From Octopus sinensis (taxonomy: Eukaryota): a DNA stretch of 64,000 bases. How positions within the stretch are numbered: the stretch's first letter is position 1; the number at the start of each line of letters is the position of its first letter. Below are positions 1-14,440 of the stretch, one piece after another. The notes beneath the pieces are model-generated. The model ran no database searches, was not told the DNA's origin, and saw nothing but the letters and a program-made list of their open reading frames with translations. Both the position numbers and the translations under genes were made by a program. The DNA lies in contig NC_042999.1 of assembly GCF_006345805.1 (NCBI RefSeq), positions 34,224,001 to 34,288,000 of the forward strand, written 5' to 3'.

Positions 1-78
1 TTGTGCAATGTAGAGTAATAAGAGTGAAGAAGTTCTCAATTACGTCCATATAACATTAGGTTGTGTATAAGTAGACAT

Positions 79-577
79 GTGGAGGTGCGTCTCTTACTGG
101 TTAGGGTGTTAGCACCATGATCGTAAGGTTGTGGTTTCGATTCCTGGACCGGGCAACACGTTGTGTTCTTGAGCAAAACACTTCATTTTACGGTGCTCCA
201 GTCTACTCAGCTCTCAAAGATGAATAACGCTGCGATGGACTGGCATCCCGTCCAGCTGGAGAACACATACGCCATAGCAACCGGGCCCATGAGACTGGCT
301 AGGATTTAAAAGGGCGCATTTATGTGGAGGCGCGTAGCTTAGTGGTTAGGGTGTCAGCACCATGGTCGTAAGGTTGTGGTTTCGATTCCTGGACCGGGCG
401 ACGCGTTGTGTTCTTGAGCAAAACACTTCATTTCACGTTGCTCCAGTCCATTCAGCTGACAAAAATGAATGACGCTGCGATTGACTGGGGAACACATACG
501 CCATAGAAACCGGGAAACCGGCCCCATGAGCCTGGCTAGGCTTTAAAAAAGGGCACATTCATTTTTTTTTTTTATTT
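79..577 (+). mobile_element. Head-to-tail dimer of a tRNA-derived SINE (family A; monomers 79-323 and 324-577) flanked by a 13-bp TSD
   Basis: Two ~245-bp similar units, each with A-box-like (tagcttagtgg) and B-box-like (gtttcgattcc) motifs and the core tgtgttcttgagcaaaacacttcattt. T-rich tail. tataagtagacat occurs at 66-78 and 578-590. Confidence 0.85.
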
Positions 578-599
578 TATAAGTAGACATAGAAAACTC

Positions 600-1130
600 T
601 GAGTTTACGGAGGTTTTCATTGTCCCTTGAATATTACACACCTAGTATTGCTTAGTATTCCCTCTGTAGAACTGCCGATAAAATGGAAATAATAGATGTA
701 GATCCATAACTTTGGCTATCACAAGTTTTCTGTCCTTAAATTTCGAAACACTGAGGAGTGTGTATAGTATCATTTATTTCATTCGTTAGTCCTTTGTACA
801 TTTATTCAGATACATAATTATCATGCGTTCTACATGACACCGATGGAGTTATTTGATAAGGACCATTTTTTTGGAAAAGATTAAGTATTATATATATATA
901 TGTAACGTGCAGGGATGCCTTACTAACATTATAAGCCCACGGAAAAATAATGAGCAGGGCCCTTGAATATGTACTCATTGACACCTAGCCACAATATATA
1001 TATTGATCAGAAATGGGCTCCTAGGTACTTGTGACCCCTACGCACGTGGCAATGCTGATATATGTTTGCCTGTTTCTGTATATTTCTTACTAATGTACAA
1101 TATTTTAACTTAGCCCAATGTAAACAATCA
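600..1130 (+). repeat. Old dispersed repeat; an inverted homologue lies at ~2870-3640
   Basis: Colinear blocks match the reverse complement of 2870-3640 at roughly 70-80% by eye, e.g. cataattatcatgcgttctacatgacaccgatg vs cataattatcatatattctacatgactccgatg, and gtggcaatgctgatatatg vs gtggcaatactgatatatg. Confidence 0.65.
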
Positions 1131-1169
1131 TGTTTGGTAGACTAGTAATAGACCATAAAGTATACATAT

Positions 1170-1700
1170 TTATCAGACATCAATAGAATACCTCTAGATT
1201 TGACCACCATTTCCCACATTACAATTCACATCAACTTCCAAAGCTCCACAATGGTATTCTAATTTTGCACATATATTTACACTTCCCTAGTCATTGCTTA
1301 CTAACATATTTATGAAATTCAACACTTCTGCATAACTGAGAGATATCTCAATGTAAATTACAAACATATCTTTTACCTATTCTATTGTATATAAATGTAA
1401 GGTATGAACTGAGAATTCCAATTATGCTTACATCGGATCGTGGAGCACCACACTCATGGTCAGAATTGGTAATCACTATTCTAGCTTTAAATGTCAAGCA
1501 AGACATTTGTCTCAGTTCATTCATAACCTAAAACAAAACTCAATTCTATGCAATTTAAAATGGTACATAGTTGCCCATGACAAACCATAAAACGTCTATA
1601 ATAACAAATACGATCTCTGCATCCAGGAAGCCTTTTCTGTTATGCAACCCAACGATTATCTTACCGAATAGAACCACCTAATTTTTAATTGTAAGTACAG
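1170..1700 (+). mobile_element. Decayed Penelope-like element, GIY-YIG endonuclease region
   Basis: Frame from 1381 reads SIVYKCKV*TENSNYAYIGSWSTTLMVRIGNHYSSFK...LSQFIHNLK...LKWYIVAHDKP*NVYNNKYDLCIQE. This fits the IVY...YIG...R..NH..SF pattern of PLE endonucleases, with stops. Confidence 0.75.
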
Positions 1701-2869
1701 ATTATGTAATACATTCTCCATGTATAGATGCGCCCCCTATTATTATTCCCTAACTATTCCTTTACCCCTACTTGCAGGTCTTTATAAACAGATAATTTTT
1801 TAACTACCTTTATATTTTCTTAACCTGCGATCACCCTGCGTATGGGTGCGTATGTGCGCGTGCACACTTATAGAATACTACCGGCGCAGAGGAAATATGC
1901 GTTCGCGACGAATATGCGTATATGTAGTTTGACTGATATGCGATAAACCACCAAGTATTCCTCATTTTCCTCTCTATCTTCCTCTCTTCTCCTAAAACAT
2001 TCCACCTTACTCCCACTCCTATATTTTCTCTTCGTTTTTCCTCTCCGGACAATTTTACCTCTAAAATTCTTCCCTTTTGTTTTCTTTGATTCTGTTTAAA
2101 TGTATAGACAGGAGTGTAACAAAATATTTATTTATTTACTACCGTTGACCTCAGTCTTATATTCACGACGACTTTTCTCTAGTCAGCTTCAATCTAACCC
2201 AAACTTCCCTACCCCCTCTTCTTTTCTTTATTCTTATTCTTTGCAACTTTAGATAATTCCCCACTTCCGTATTTTATTTCTTCCGCCACATGGTTTTGTT
2301 TTGGTTTCTCTCTCAATTCTTAACCACCCACGTTTGCTCACTCTCATGCGTGTTAGCTTCGTTTCCCTTGACGACAAATTAAACTTCATTTAACTAAAGT
2401 GACTTCGGCCTGGTGCGTAGGTGGGGGAGTGTCGCTCGTTGAGTAATTATTACTTCTGTGAATCTGCTTGCTAAGAAACATAAATAGTTTAGAGTTTACC
2501 TATTCCATTCCTTCAATGTATATATATATATGTATATATGTGTGTATGCTTGTGTATGTATGTGTGTGTGGATGTATGTGTGTATGCATGTGTGTATTTA
2601 TGCATTTGTTAATAGTTGGACAAAATATATGTTTGTAATTTACATTGAAATATCTGCCAGTTATTCAAAAGTGTTGAATTTCATAACTATATTAGTAAGC
2701 AATGACTGGGGAAGTGTGAATATGTGTGCAAAATTAAAATGCCATTATGGAGCTTTGAAAATTCATGTGAATTATAATGTACGAAATCGCTTTCAAATCT
2801 GGACATAATCTATTGCTGTGTAGCGAGTGCGTGTTCTCTACGGCCAATTACAATTCTACAGAACTTAAG

Positions 2870-3640
2870 GGATTACCTTGGGCTTAGTTAACATATTGTA
2901 CAAGAGTAAGAAATCTACAGACACACGCATATATCAGTATTGCCACAATGAGATATGGGTACACTAAGCGGTTGTCTGTGATCTCCTATGTGCTTAGGTG
3001 TTGAATGTACACAGGAGCCCGATTTTGATTCGTGTATACTGTGGCTAGTTATCAATGAGTAAATATTCAAGTGCTCAGCGCATTCATTTTTACGCGGTCT
3101 TATAATGTCATTAAGTCATCTCTTTACATCACACACGCACACACACACACGCTCGCGTTGACGTAGTAGATTTGGCTGCCCACAAATCATTCCATTACCA
3201 TTTACCAGTAGCCAATAAAAATTTGCTTAATATTTCATTCTGGAGGTGCTTATATACCAAATTGATATTTGCAAATTATTCTTGTGTGCTCCTATTATTC
3301 CGACCTAACAAGGCGCACCGATTTAAGTACCTTATTCTACTGAATGTTACCCACACACTCATATAATACTTAATATTTTCTAAAATACAGGGTCGTTATT
3401 AAACAACTTCATCGGAGTCATGTAGAATATATGATAATTATGCATATAAATAAATGACCAATGAATAATAGATAAAGTAATTGATGCTTGAAATGGCATT
3501 CATACACTCCTCCGTTTCTCCAGATTTTAAGGATAGCAAACCGTGAAGGCGAAAGGCGTATATATTTTAGTTGCTTTTTATAGGCTACTGAGTAAATACT
3601 AAGCTGTGTTGGCGATATAATTTTCATGAGACAACGGAAG
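2870..3640 (-). repeat. Inverted homologue of the 600-1130 repeat, interrupted at ~3130-3385
   Basis: Reverse-complement similarity in several colinear blocks. Confidence 0.6.
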
Positions 3641-3877
3641 CGTACTTAAATTGACACTTTTCTGTGTCAAGCTGAATGTTGTAGGCTTGCAACTCAAAAA
3701 CTTCTATAGTTATGGTAACGCTAAAGAGGTAGAATCATTTTTTATTTTGTTGGCGAAATATGTTTTACCACTACTGCTACTCTGTATAATACGTGTATAT
3801 ATACATATATTTATCCACACACTGGCACACACATTTATATTCATGCATAGACACATATGTTACATATTATAAATGCA

Positions 3878-3961
<84 letters not shown>

Positions 3962-4072
3962 TATTACATCATGAAAGTAGATGGCATTGAGTTAAAATCC
4001 TGAACCGTGCTGTGTGTTGTTTTCTTGAGCGAGAGACTTCATTTCACGTTGCTCCAGTTCACTCATCAAAAT

Positions 4073-4870
4073 AAATATCCCCTTTAATATGGCAAAAAGT
4101 TGTCGCAGTAGTGTCTGATAGTATCTTCAATACCTCAGAAAAACACTAACTGAACGACAATATCCACCCTCACTTACAGACAATGGAATTAAGCGTGCCA
4201 AGAAATTAGACATAAAAACACTAAGGACAACAAAACATAACTCCCCACTTTATCTCAAAACACTACTTTGTATATCAACTCACAACCGTAGAAACAGTGA
4301 GGCATACAACACTATTGTGCAAAATCTTCCTTTACTAACTAGGGAACCAAAAATGAACAACATCCTGAATGCACATAAATTCATCAAATGCGAACAGCAA
4401 CACAAATCGCCAAAGAGACTTTTAACAACTGCGAAGCTTTACAAAACAACCACGAAATCAACGTTTAAAAAATGTGGACACCCAAACTGAGGAACTCACT
4501 CCAACCTACTTGAAGGCTGGGATTTCCCTATCAAACAGGGAGAGAGGTTCACAATTAAAACCAGCTTCACTTGTACCTCTGAGAATTTGTGTAAAATAAC
4601 CTGCTTGGTTTGCGGACATCAATATAGAGGACAGAGTAGAATGACATTGAGACGGAGAACCATTCTACATAAAGAGTCGATCCGGTTCCCGCAATAAAGA
4701 CAGATTCCTTTAACTGAGCACACAGAGCGACGTGCAAGTAACATCACACCAAATTTCACAGTTTTCCCCTTCTATCAGTGCAAAAATATAACATCTTTCC
4801 AAGAATGTTTAAATAGAGAAACTTTATTGACCGAAAAATAAAAAAAAACACGTGTAAATATGTACACATA
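4073..4870 (+). mobile_element. Decayed Penelope-like element (RT thumb, Cys linker, GIY-YIG), copy 1
   Basis: Translates with frameshifts to NIPFNMA...TERQYPPSLTDNGIKRAK...KCGHPN*GT...FTIKTSFTCTSENL..ITCLVCGHQYRGQ...LRRRTILHK. Homologous to 26085-26850. Confidence 0.8.
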
Positions 4871-5379
4871 ACAAGCTTTGATCTCTTTATATATTTTAAT
4901 TCACGATTAAATCCTGTGGTTAATGTGTTCGACCATCGGCAGTGATCCAGTTTGGCTGCAGTCATATAACTGAAACAAGTAACGACTTGCAAATTCAAAC
5001 AAATCTCATCAAAGGGATTTAATTATCGCTCCACATATCGTCTAGAAAACAAAACAAAAATGGGGCATTTTTCAAACAATGTCTTTTATGATATTCAATC
5101 TTCCGAACATTGCTTGCAATCACTTTTAGCTGTCAATATCAGAAATGCAGGTATCATGTTGTTGGTTAGTTTTGAAACTACAAGTAACGAAGCTAAAATG
5201 CAAACTTCCATAAAGCCAAAAATAAAGATGTTCCTTTGAAGTTAATATTTACCATGATGAAAGACTTGAAAAATGCCGTCTAACTAAATGCTTGCAAATG
5301 GCGACTAAATTGTACCTGCAACATAACGTGAAAATATTTTGTTGCATGAATTTCTGCACTTGTATACAATTGTTTGGCA

Positions 5380-5611
5380 ATAGATAAATTGTCTGGCAGC
5401 CATGACTGGGTTCTCCTTGTGTAGCATAATGCAGATTCCTGTTGAAAACCACAGTTTTCCGGCAGCCACCCGCTTAACCCAACGCAGCACTACCTCTTCC
5501 ACGTAGTTTATGTAGACCTCCGTGTTGAGTGTGAGGCCGTGGGAAGATGAATGGAGACATAACGTTGCCATCACTACTGATCACTCCAAATACCATGATG
5601 CTGAATGGATG
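5380..5611 (-). mobile_element. Tc1/mariner transposase fragment (DD37D/maT-like catalytic region)
   Basis: Frameshifted reading: [52 protein letters not shown].../QQESALCYTRRTQSWL. Confidence 0.75.
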
Positions 5612-5625
5612 TATATACATATACG

Positions 5626-5835
<210 letters not shown>

Positions 5836-7797
5836 TGTGGAAATATGAATATTAGAATTTTTTTCTCCGCAACAACGCGCCATGTTTCACTTCATATGTA
5901 TGCATGTGTAGTGAAGGTTTTTCTGGATTCTGGAGGGGAGGTTTTTAATTAGTTGCCTCATATATATGAAGTTGGGCGTAAATCAAGTCTGAGGTTTTAT
6001 TCTTGAGAGTCCTTTAAAGGAAATATAGTCAAGAGTGTTACCGCAGTATCAGTAGAGATTCTTTAGTCAATAATCAAAACGTAATATAGTTAGGAATGGG
6101 AGAGGAATTCAGGCCGTGTGATGAACAATGCTATCTTTTAACATGCATAAATGGCTCTACAATGTGTTTAACTGTCCCTCCAAATTCCTGAAATGCTTCC
6201 GCGAGGTTAACTCATTACTGAAGTTCTGTTTTCAAGAATATACTATGAAATATAGAATGATATGGCTACAAGACTATTTGCTTCTATCAAATGCATATAC
6301 ATGAATATAAACCCATGATTATATGCATTTCATTGCCCGCTGAAAATTGTATATTCATAGCAAAATCTAGAGTACGGCACAAGTGAAATCGATGAATTTT
6401 AAGCCTTGACCTCATTATTGTTTACTATTTCCTAAATTTTCGACACGAGCGCGTAAGTGAAATTTGCATGAAAATATCAGATTCGAACTATGCTATTATA
6501 AACATAATTATAAGCTTTATATGTGCGGTGTTGTAGTTTAACAACATTATGTATCTATGTTTGCAGATGTGTTACTAATACAAATATATTAAATAAGCAA
6601 ATTTCATACCGCTATCTTTTGAGGAAATGTACGATGACATTCTGAACACATATTTGACACGCACCAATAGAATATTTCCAGTTTCTACCTCCATTTTCTC
6701 CGCTTTCAATAGTATTAGCTTTCACTCCATTTTAATACCAATTTTTATTCCTACATATAATCACATTTCTCCATTTACTACTTTCCAATGTATTTATGAA
6801 ATTAAGGACCCCTGCATATCTATTTATATCTCAATGTATATATCTCATTCGCTGCTCTTATCCCACTATCTTCTTATTTGATCGTATTTCTTTGATACGA
6901 AATGTAACATAACTACCATAATGCATTTTCATTAAATCTAATTGGCTGAAAATGACAATTGTCATTGAAATAAAGCCTTAAATGTGAGAAGGACATGGAA
7001 TTACTATAAAATCAAACAAATTATAAATCTATGGCAATGATAGCTGTACTTAATGAAATTAAATATATAGGAAATGTGTTATGCATTACATTAAAGCAAT
7101 CAAGTAACAAGATGTTCTGAAATTCCATGCAATTTGCCTCGCGTATAGAAACTTACGTAAAAGAAATATCCTCAGATATTAGAAACATATTCCTGCTGGA
7201 ATGCTTCAGATAAATAGCACAATAATCATCAATAATGTCAATTTCTGTAAACATATATTTCAGTCCTGGCCGCAGTCAAATGACTGAAAAAAGTAAACGA
7301 GTAAACGAGTATATAAATACTACCATTGACTCCTGTTTGCAGGAAACGTAGTCGTAAATTCCGGTGCAAGATCTAGTTTCAATACTTAGGCCAAAAGAAA
7401 AAAAATTATGAATCCACACGACTTCGATTAGCCACATACGCATTTCGAGATAAAAGTATATTAACTTATTTCTCATCATCAGTGTAACATTCCGAATATA
7501 AATTTTAAAAGTGCTAGGGTTAAATATGTACACGATCGACCATCATCGCGCAACAGATATCCAACCAACACTCCCCAAATTTATACAGTCGAATGTGAAT
7601 ATATATTTATCCCTTGTACCCACGTGTATGTTACGAGCAATATCGCAGAACCTGCAGTATTTCAATCAGGGAGTAAATTATAATTGACGAGCTAGATTTC
7701 TTAAAGAAACCTTCGCAAGCTTAAAATTCTAGGCGCCCAGTGAAACTGTTTGAAATAGTAATATATGTAACTCCTACTATGTATGCTGTGTGCATAG

Positions 7798-7851
<54 letters not shown>

Positions 7852-8138
7852 TGTTGTGTCTGGAGAGAATCATTCTCTTTAGTGCCTTATTATTTAACAC
7901 ACTCACCGGTAAACATTTCCACTTGTTTCTTATTTTTATTTTCTACATATGAACTCATATAAAGAATCTTGCAAATCAAATCCAACAACGATATATATAT
8001 ATATAATATGTGACAATTATTTGGTAGTCATGATTATTGTCACATATATTTACAGATAAATTCCTCTATTTACATAATATCGAGGTATCTTTCATTCATT
8101 TGTTGTGTTACCATCTCTATCAGTATATGTATATGTAT

Positions 8139-8174
<36 letters not shown>

Positions 8175-8248
8175 CTAAGCAATAAGGGTTTAGCAACGAA
8201 TTGCCTTACCACATACCGAATTTAGAAATAGCAGTCAAAGGGTTATAG

Positions 8249-8296
<48 letters not shown>

Positions 8297-9108
8297 GGTC
8301 CCTTGCCATATCTGCTTTGCAACAAGCTACATAAAATATTTTAATACTACGCCGTTTGAAGTACAATGAAACTGTAATTCACTAGTGGGAGAGTTGTAGC
8401 TCACGACGCTATTGTTCACTCTTTGTATATAAGAATAAAAAATTTCCAATACGTCTTCTTGTCTTTTATATTATATATAACAAGAAGAAAAATCCTGAAC
8501 AATCATGTCTACCCCAGCGTTTATTGTTTCTACAACATAGAACATATTTTCTAATACATAAAAATCTGTACCAAGTTCAACTTGTTTCGCAATTGACAAA
8601 TGGATTATTCTGAATATAGCTAAAATGTTACGTAATAGTATTTACATATAGAGACTGAATGTTGGCGAATGACATCACTGTCTTCGTTCATTGATTCATG
8701 GTGGAATAATGTCTGAGACAACACTAACTAAATATCAATTGAAATGACATAACCTCATACAAGGATATAAGCAGCATACGTCGATAGGTTTTTGTTGGTA
8801 TCGCTTTTCCATATGTAGTTATGTCTGTTCGTGCATGTGTGCATATGTCTACAGTTATGTGTACTGTGAGCGTATGTTTATTTTTTTATATACCGAAGAT
8901 ATTTAAAATTAAGAGCAATATATATATGTATATATATATATATATGAAAATCAATGAAATGCAAAATAATTCAAAGTAATAAATTTAATACACTATTTTT
9001 AATCCAAACTACAAATTTGGCATTATATGTTACAAAAGAAGCAGGGGTTATTAATGCTTTATTATTCCTGTCTCTGCTGTTCAGAAAATTCAGAAAATCA
9101 CATGTTAA

Positions 9109-9160
<52 letters not shown>

Positions 9161-12079
9161 TTAAATATTTATGTACTACCCAATGCACTATATACAGAAT
9201 TATGCGATATCAAATCTAAATACAATTCAAATATACAATATTCATTCCGAATATATAGTAAGAACATTTTTGTATATTTTTCAACTGGAACTTTTTATTT
9301 GTTTAATTTGATATCCATTGCTTCACATACACAGAGTAAAACATGTATGCTCTTCATGGTAGTAAAAACACAAAGTTCGTTTCATTAAACTCCTCTATCT
9401 TATTAAAACAAGCAACTGCACCAAATATTTTTATAATTTTTACTTTAATAATTTATTATTTCTTTACTCCTCATTTCTGCTGTGCTAAATTCTAAAAGAT
9501 CCATTAACTTTAACGTATGGCTTTAAAATCTAGTGTATTGTAGATATCTTACATTGTTAGCTAACATAATGACATATTTCAGTTGTATGCATAAGGGTTA
9601 TACGGTTCTGCTGTATATGTTATACCTCAACAATGAAATTCATGTACGATTATAGAACTAAAATATACACGAGAATAATACTGACCTTTGAGGTATCCTA
9701 CAAGTAATATCTATGAATGTTGCGTAAAATTTTACCTATCTTTTGCCCGTAATGTCTATAAGATCTCAGCCAATTAAATATATATATCTCGTATACTAAC
9801 TTTCTAAAGTATTGATTGATATGTATATGTTCAAGGTTACTAAAATAATGTATATGTTCAAGGTTACTAAATATTCTACTGCGCAATTTTTATCTAAACA
9901 GTTTGTAGTAACTTTTAACTCATACAATTACTTAATTCGCGTAGCGTCAAAGTATTTTGTCTTTAGTCATTATCTGACAATTTCCAAACAACGAAATATT
10001 ATTTTAGTTCAAATTTAATGACATTTGTTTGTACCACACCATCGTCATAGTGTTCTCATTTGCGTTGCATTTCCCTAGAAAGGTTATTGTGAATTCATTT
10101 GGAATGCATAGTAACTGGAAGACAATTATTTGTGTTTCCCAATGAACTGACTAAAACGTTTTCCCTTTCCTTTGCAGAAATAGGATCGTAAAGAAACTGG
10201 CCTGTAATTTGTAAAGTTGTATTATTTCCATTTATGCTATGGTATAATTACCGCAATCTTCCTTTTACTTGGAAAAATACCGCTTGAAACGGACAAGCTG
10301 CACACGAGTAATATTCTTACGATGACATTCTAGGCTACGATCATATTAATTTTAGTCTCTTCTGTAGAGGTTTTCTTCATATATATGCTAACAATATTCA
10401 TTATTTCTTTTCTTCTATTGCTCCAAGAAAAATAGAACTCGGATTTCTATATGAATGTTCATCATCAACCCCCTCTCTCGTTATTTCTGAGCTATTGATT
10501 TTTAATATTTATACATATCAATTTTAGTTTCACACTAACAAAGAATTACAACCGCCACATCCTTCATATAAATAATGGTTTTCTTGTTATGAATAAATTT
10601 ATGTATTTAGCTTCAGTTTCTAGATCTATTTCTAATAATGTTGTCTAACATTCCCTATATTCATTAAATGTTTAAATTATTCTTTTATATATTATTATAT
10701 TATTCTTTACTACATATAGCCGTGGCATCAGTGAACTATTTGTTTTATATTTTTCTTATGCCTCTATTGTTCTACGTTATATGGATTTGATGATATGGTG
10801 TGTTCTTTCTTTTCTTCTTACATATATTTTGTTAACCCATTTTTTATCAGTGAACCATCTTCATAGATCTATTCTCTACTGTATTTTCAATTAAAAAGCA
10901 TCTGTTGTGAAATTATATAAATATTTTTATAGGTTTTTCATAAGATTTCTTAATACACACTTTAATATTTTCCAGTTATTATGCAAAATTAATTTCTGAA
11001 AACATTCATAGAATTCCAGACATCTAATTCCTTTATTTTCAAAAGTATTCGCATTCTTAAGACTTCTATAACTAAAAGTCATACGGTACAAAGGACGACA
11101 AATATTAACAAATGATATTCAATAATAATCCATTTTCTATGCTTTGTTTCATGCTGTTTATGAGGATATCATGTATTAGTATATCAGAGGGCGATATAAT
11201 TCTGATGATCAATGGGATTTCCTTACATACACCTAATCTTTAAATTGAAGTGACAACAAATATTTACAGTCTCTTTGTGCGTATTAGGACAACAGCAGGT
11301 CTGTATAGAAATCATTACGAATTAATATATTTTTAAAATGGTTCTGGAAATATTTATCTATCCAATACTTAAATATAACAATATTATAGTTTTGTGCTCT
11401 ATACAACTCACAGTAACATTTTTTCCTATATGTTTTTTCAACAGACATTTATTGTAATACATTTAACCACATCACCAACAGCTGTCTACCGCATTATAAT
11501 TGAAATATTACTTGACGTACAAAGCTGCATTCTCTACATTCGTGTTTTTGTTTATATAAGTCAATACTTATTCCGTTAAACGTCCACAACCATCTCAGGG
11601 TTGATCCAAATCTTTTCAATAAATTATTATAGTAGATGGTCTCTTTAACTCAGTTTAATATTATTTGATGGTTTGATATATCCAAAGTATTCATCTGCTA
11701 TTGAAATCAATATTTTATGATCGGCGGTGCAATAACAGCTGTCGGCTTCCATATGGTTGAAAAAATCCTGGATTAATCATTTTGATTTTTTTAGCTACAT
11801 TCTTCATAATCTGTATATTCGAAAGACTTTAAATGCAATTTTTCATATTCTCAGATATTTATTGCGTGCTGTTCATCGTTAATTCCCGACGGAGACAAAT
11901 AACTTCCGTCGGGATACGTCATGACTGTATGCAACGTCGTTGTCTATTTCCTTATTCCTTACCTCGTTGGGCTGACCGTCTGACCTCATTGGTATTTCTC
12001 TAATTCTAATTCTAAATCCATAAAGTTCAGTACCTTAACCTCTTTTGGTGTTCATTATTTCTCTATTTTGTCTCTTCTC

Positions 12080-12119
<40 letters not shown>

Positions 12120-13289
12120 GTTCTCTTCTTTCTACAACATTCTTTACCTCTCTCAGCCTTTTTCATTCTTTATACTTCATTCGGAAAATACTTATGAAAT
12201 GTACCTATTCAAATTCAGACTTTAGGTCTCTGTAACACAATGCTATAAACTGTACCTGTGATGATCCGTTGGACTTAAGTTTACAATTGCACTTGAAATA
12301 TCTAATGGTGAGTTCCAAAAACCAGAAATGAGCAATGTACTAAGGAACAAGTGATATAAATTTATGTTTGTTCGACGTGCACACACACACCTATATAGTG
12401 TGGTTTGTTTGTACAGTTAGATACAGGGCTATGTATGTATGTATGTTATGTATGTATGTATTGTATGTATGTATGTATGTATTTCTGTATGTATGTATGT
12501 ATTTATGTGCGTGTGTATGTGTGTATGTATGTATGTATCTATGTATCTATGTATGTATGTATGTATGTATGTATGTATAACTTGCCAATGATTTCTGGAC
12601 TGAAGTTGCGTTACTTTTATTTCACAGAAAATATTAATTGTACCTGTCTATTACTCTAAATACGTATTAGACTATCTAATTATTATCTCTTTATCAAAGC
12701 ATATCTAGGTATCTATATTTATCTTTGTCTATGTATCCTACTTGCAGTTTCACAATTTCTATATTGCTTTGTTGGCCAGCACTTTGCATCGCCTCTGTTT
12801 TAGGCTTATCAATAATGTATTTCGGTTTATAAGATTAGCCTTCCTTGAAGCCAAATTTTTCAATTATAATGTGAATCCGCTTGGGATACATTTTTAGGAA
12901 GAAGCAAAGTTTTATGAAGTTAGGCTTTGCATAGTTGCTATCATCCTCAGGCAACATGTATCAGTATTCTTCAGGCTTTTGCATGCCTGGCAGCAGCTCA
13001 CGAAGTTTTGGATTTGCATTTCTCTTCGGTGATTTGATCTGAGATCGTATGTTGGGACTACAACATTTATAGAATGGAAGCCTGAAAGTAATCTTTCAAA
13101 AATACGCATAAGCTGTTTACATATAATTAATCCTTTATTGTTATGATTTTTGGTTTTGGGTCTGTTTATTTTTTGTTTTGTTTTTTGGTGGGTTGGGGAG
13201 GACTTTTGTTGTGCTATCGATCACCTGCCACTAAGTTAATCCAACAGCCACACTATATGTTATGATCTGATACTCATCTGTCTCTCACG

Positions 13290-14210
13290 CTGAACAATTT
13301 ATGTTTTAACGGTGTTGCCCAACCAGGGCAAGTAGCATTCCCCTTGTGATTTCCATTGCGCTGCTGGTGACATAAGTGAGGAAAAGGAAGAACCTTGTGA
13401 CAAGCTAGTCCCACAGTTTGTGTGGTTAAATATTCCCATAGGCTGTATGATTGGCCTGGCTGTAAAATTACGGGAAGAACGATAGCATGCTGGACGGAAA
13501 GGACCCGCTTTAAATATATACGCATGTATTTAAATACATAATGAATATGTACGCAAATATATTGGAGAAATTGCAATTCATGACTATATGGGCCCAAACG
13601 TAATCTAACGAAGGGAAGAACACACAGCTTAACGTGGTCCGCGATGTGTAACATCGGATGCGAGATCTGTGTTATCCACGAGAAGAACAGTCTGGCATGG
13701 TACATCAAACTGCAAAGTGAATCCTTGCTTATCTCTATAGAAATAATAATACGAAAATATGACGCACCCAAAACATTTAAGAAACCTGATGAAAAAGCAA
13801 AGAGCAGAGAAATGGAAATAGACAATTGGAAAATAAAATCAATCCATGGGCTATATCTCAGATAAATTGAATGGAAAGACATGTTCAACACTTGGAGGTG
13901 GCTAAAAGAAATGACCTGAAAAGATGCACTGAGACACTGGTATTCAATGCCCAGAAAAATCTCTAAGAACTTATTACATCAAGTTTCAAAAAGATAAGAG
14001 CAGTGAATTACCTTTTGTATGATGTATGGAAACAAAAAGGAAACAATCTCACATATGGCCCAAGAGCCCATCAAAAGGAGACACGATAACATGGCTAGGT
14101 TTATTCAATGGAAACTGTGTGAAAAGTACAGCCTGGGCACAGCATGGAAACTGTACAAACATGAACCAGAGAGCGTCACTGAGAACAATGAATATAAGAT
14201 CGTGTGAGAT
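13290..14210 (+). mobile_element. Decayed RLE-type (R4/Dong-like) non-LTR retrotransposon fragment: post-RT region and zinc knuckle
   Basis: EKNSLAWYIK...WKIKSIHGLYLR*IEWKDMFNTWRWL...KETISH...RRHDNMARFIQWKLCEKY...KHEPESVTENNEYKIV*DF. Matches the W..K..HG.Y, RHD.VA..IHW.LC.KY and H.PE.V.EN...KI.WDF motifs. Confidence 0.8.
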
Positions 14211-14264
14211 TTTACAGGCCAATGAATCTCTCTACTCGGTGCACTGAGACAAGATGTAGTGGAT

Positions 14265-14330
14265 AAGAAGAAGAAGAAGAAGAAGAAGAATGTTGATGAT
14301 AATAATAATATAATAATAATAATAATAATA

Positions 14331-14374
<44 letters not shown>

Positions 14375-14440
14375 TTAATAATAATAATAATAATAATGAT
14401 GGGGATGATGAAGCGGATGATGATGATGATGATGATTTCA
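14265..14440. repeat. (GAA)n-(AAT)n-(GAT)n compound trinucleotide microsatellite
   Basis: Direct reading. Confidence 0.95.

Noticed and set aside
9821-9871. 27-bp tandem duplication (also a 14-bp one at ~43977 and small hairpins at 8006-8047 and 11884-11914)
   Set aside because: Ordinary slippage products or short palindromes expected in 64 kb of AT-rich DNA.
10178-10203. Micro-exon after a strong acceptor (ttttccctttcctttgcAG)
   Set aside because: Donor is weak and the 26-nt segment is uninformative; cannot be supported without transcripts.
10300-11830. Highly decayed minus-strand LINE RT (YMKD and RP..C..T-like traces)
   Set aside because: Too many stops and only vague motif echoes.
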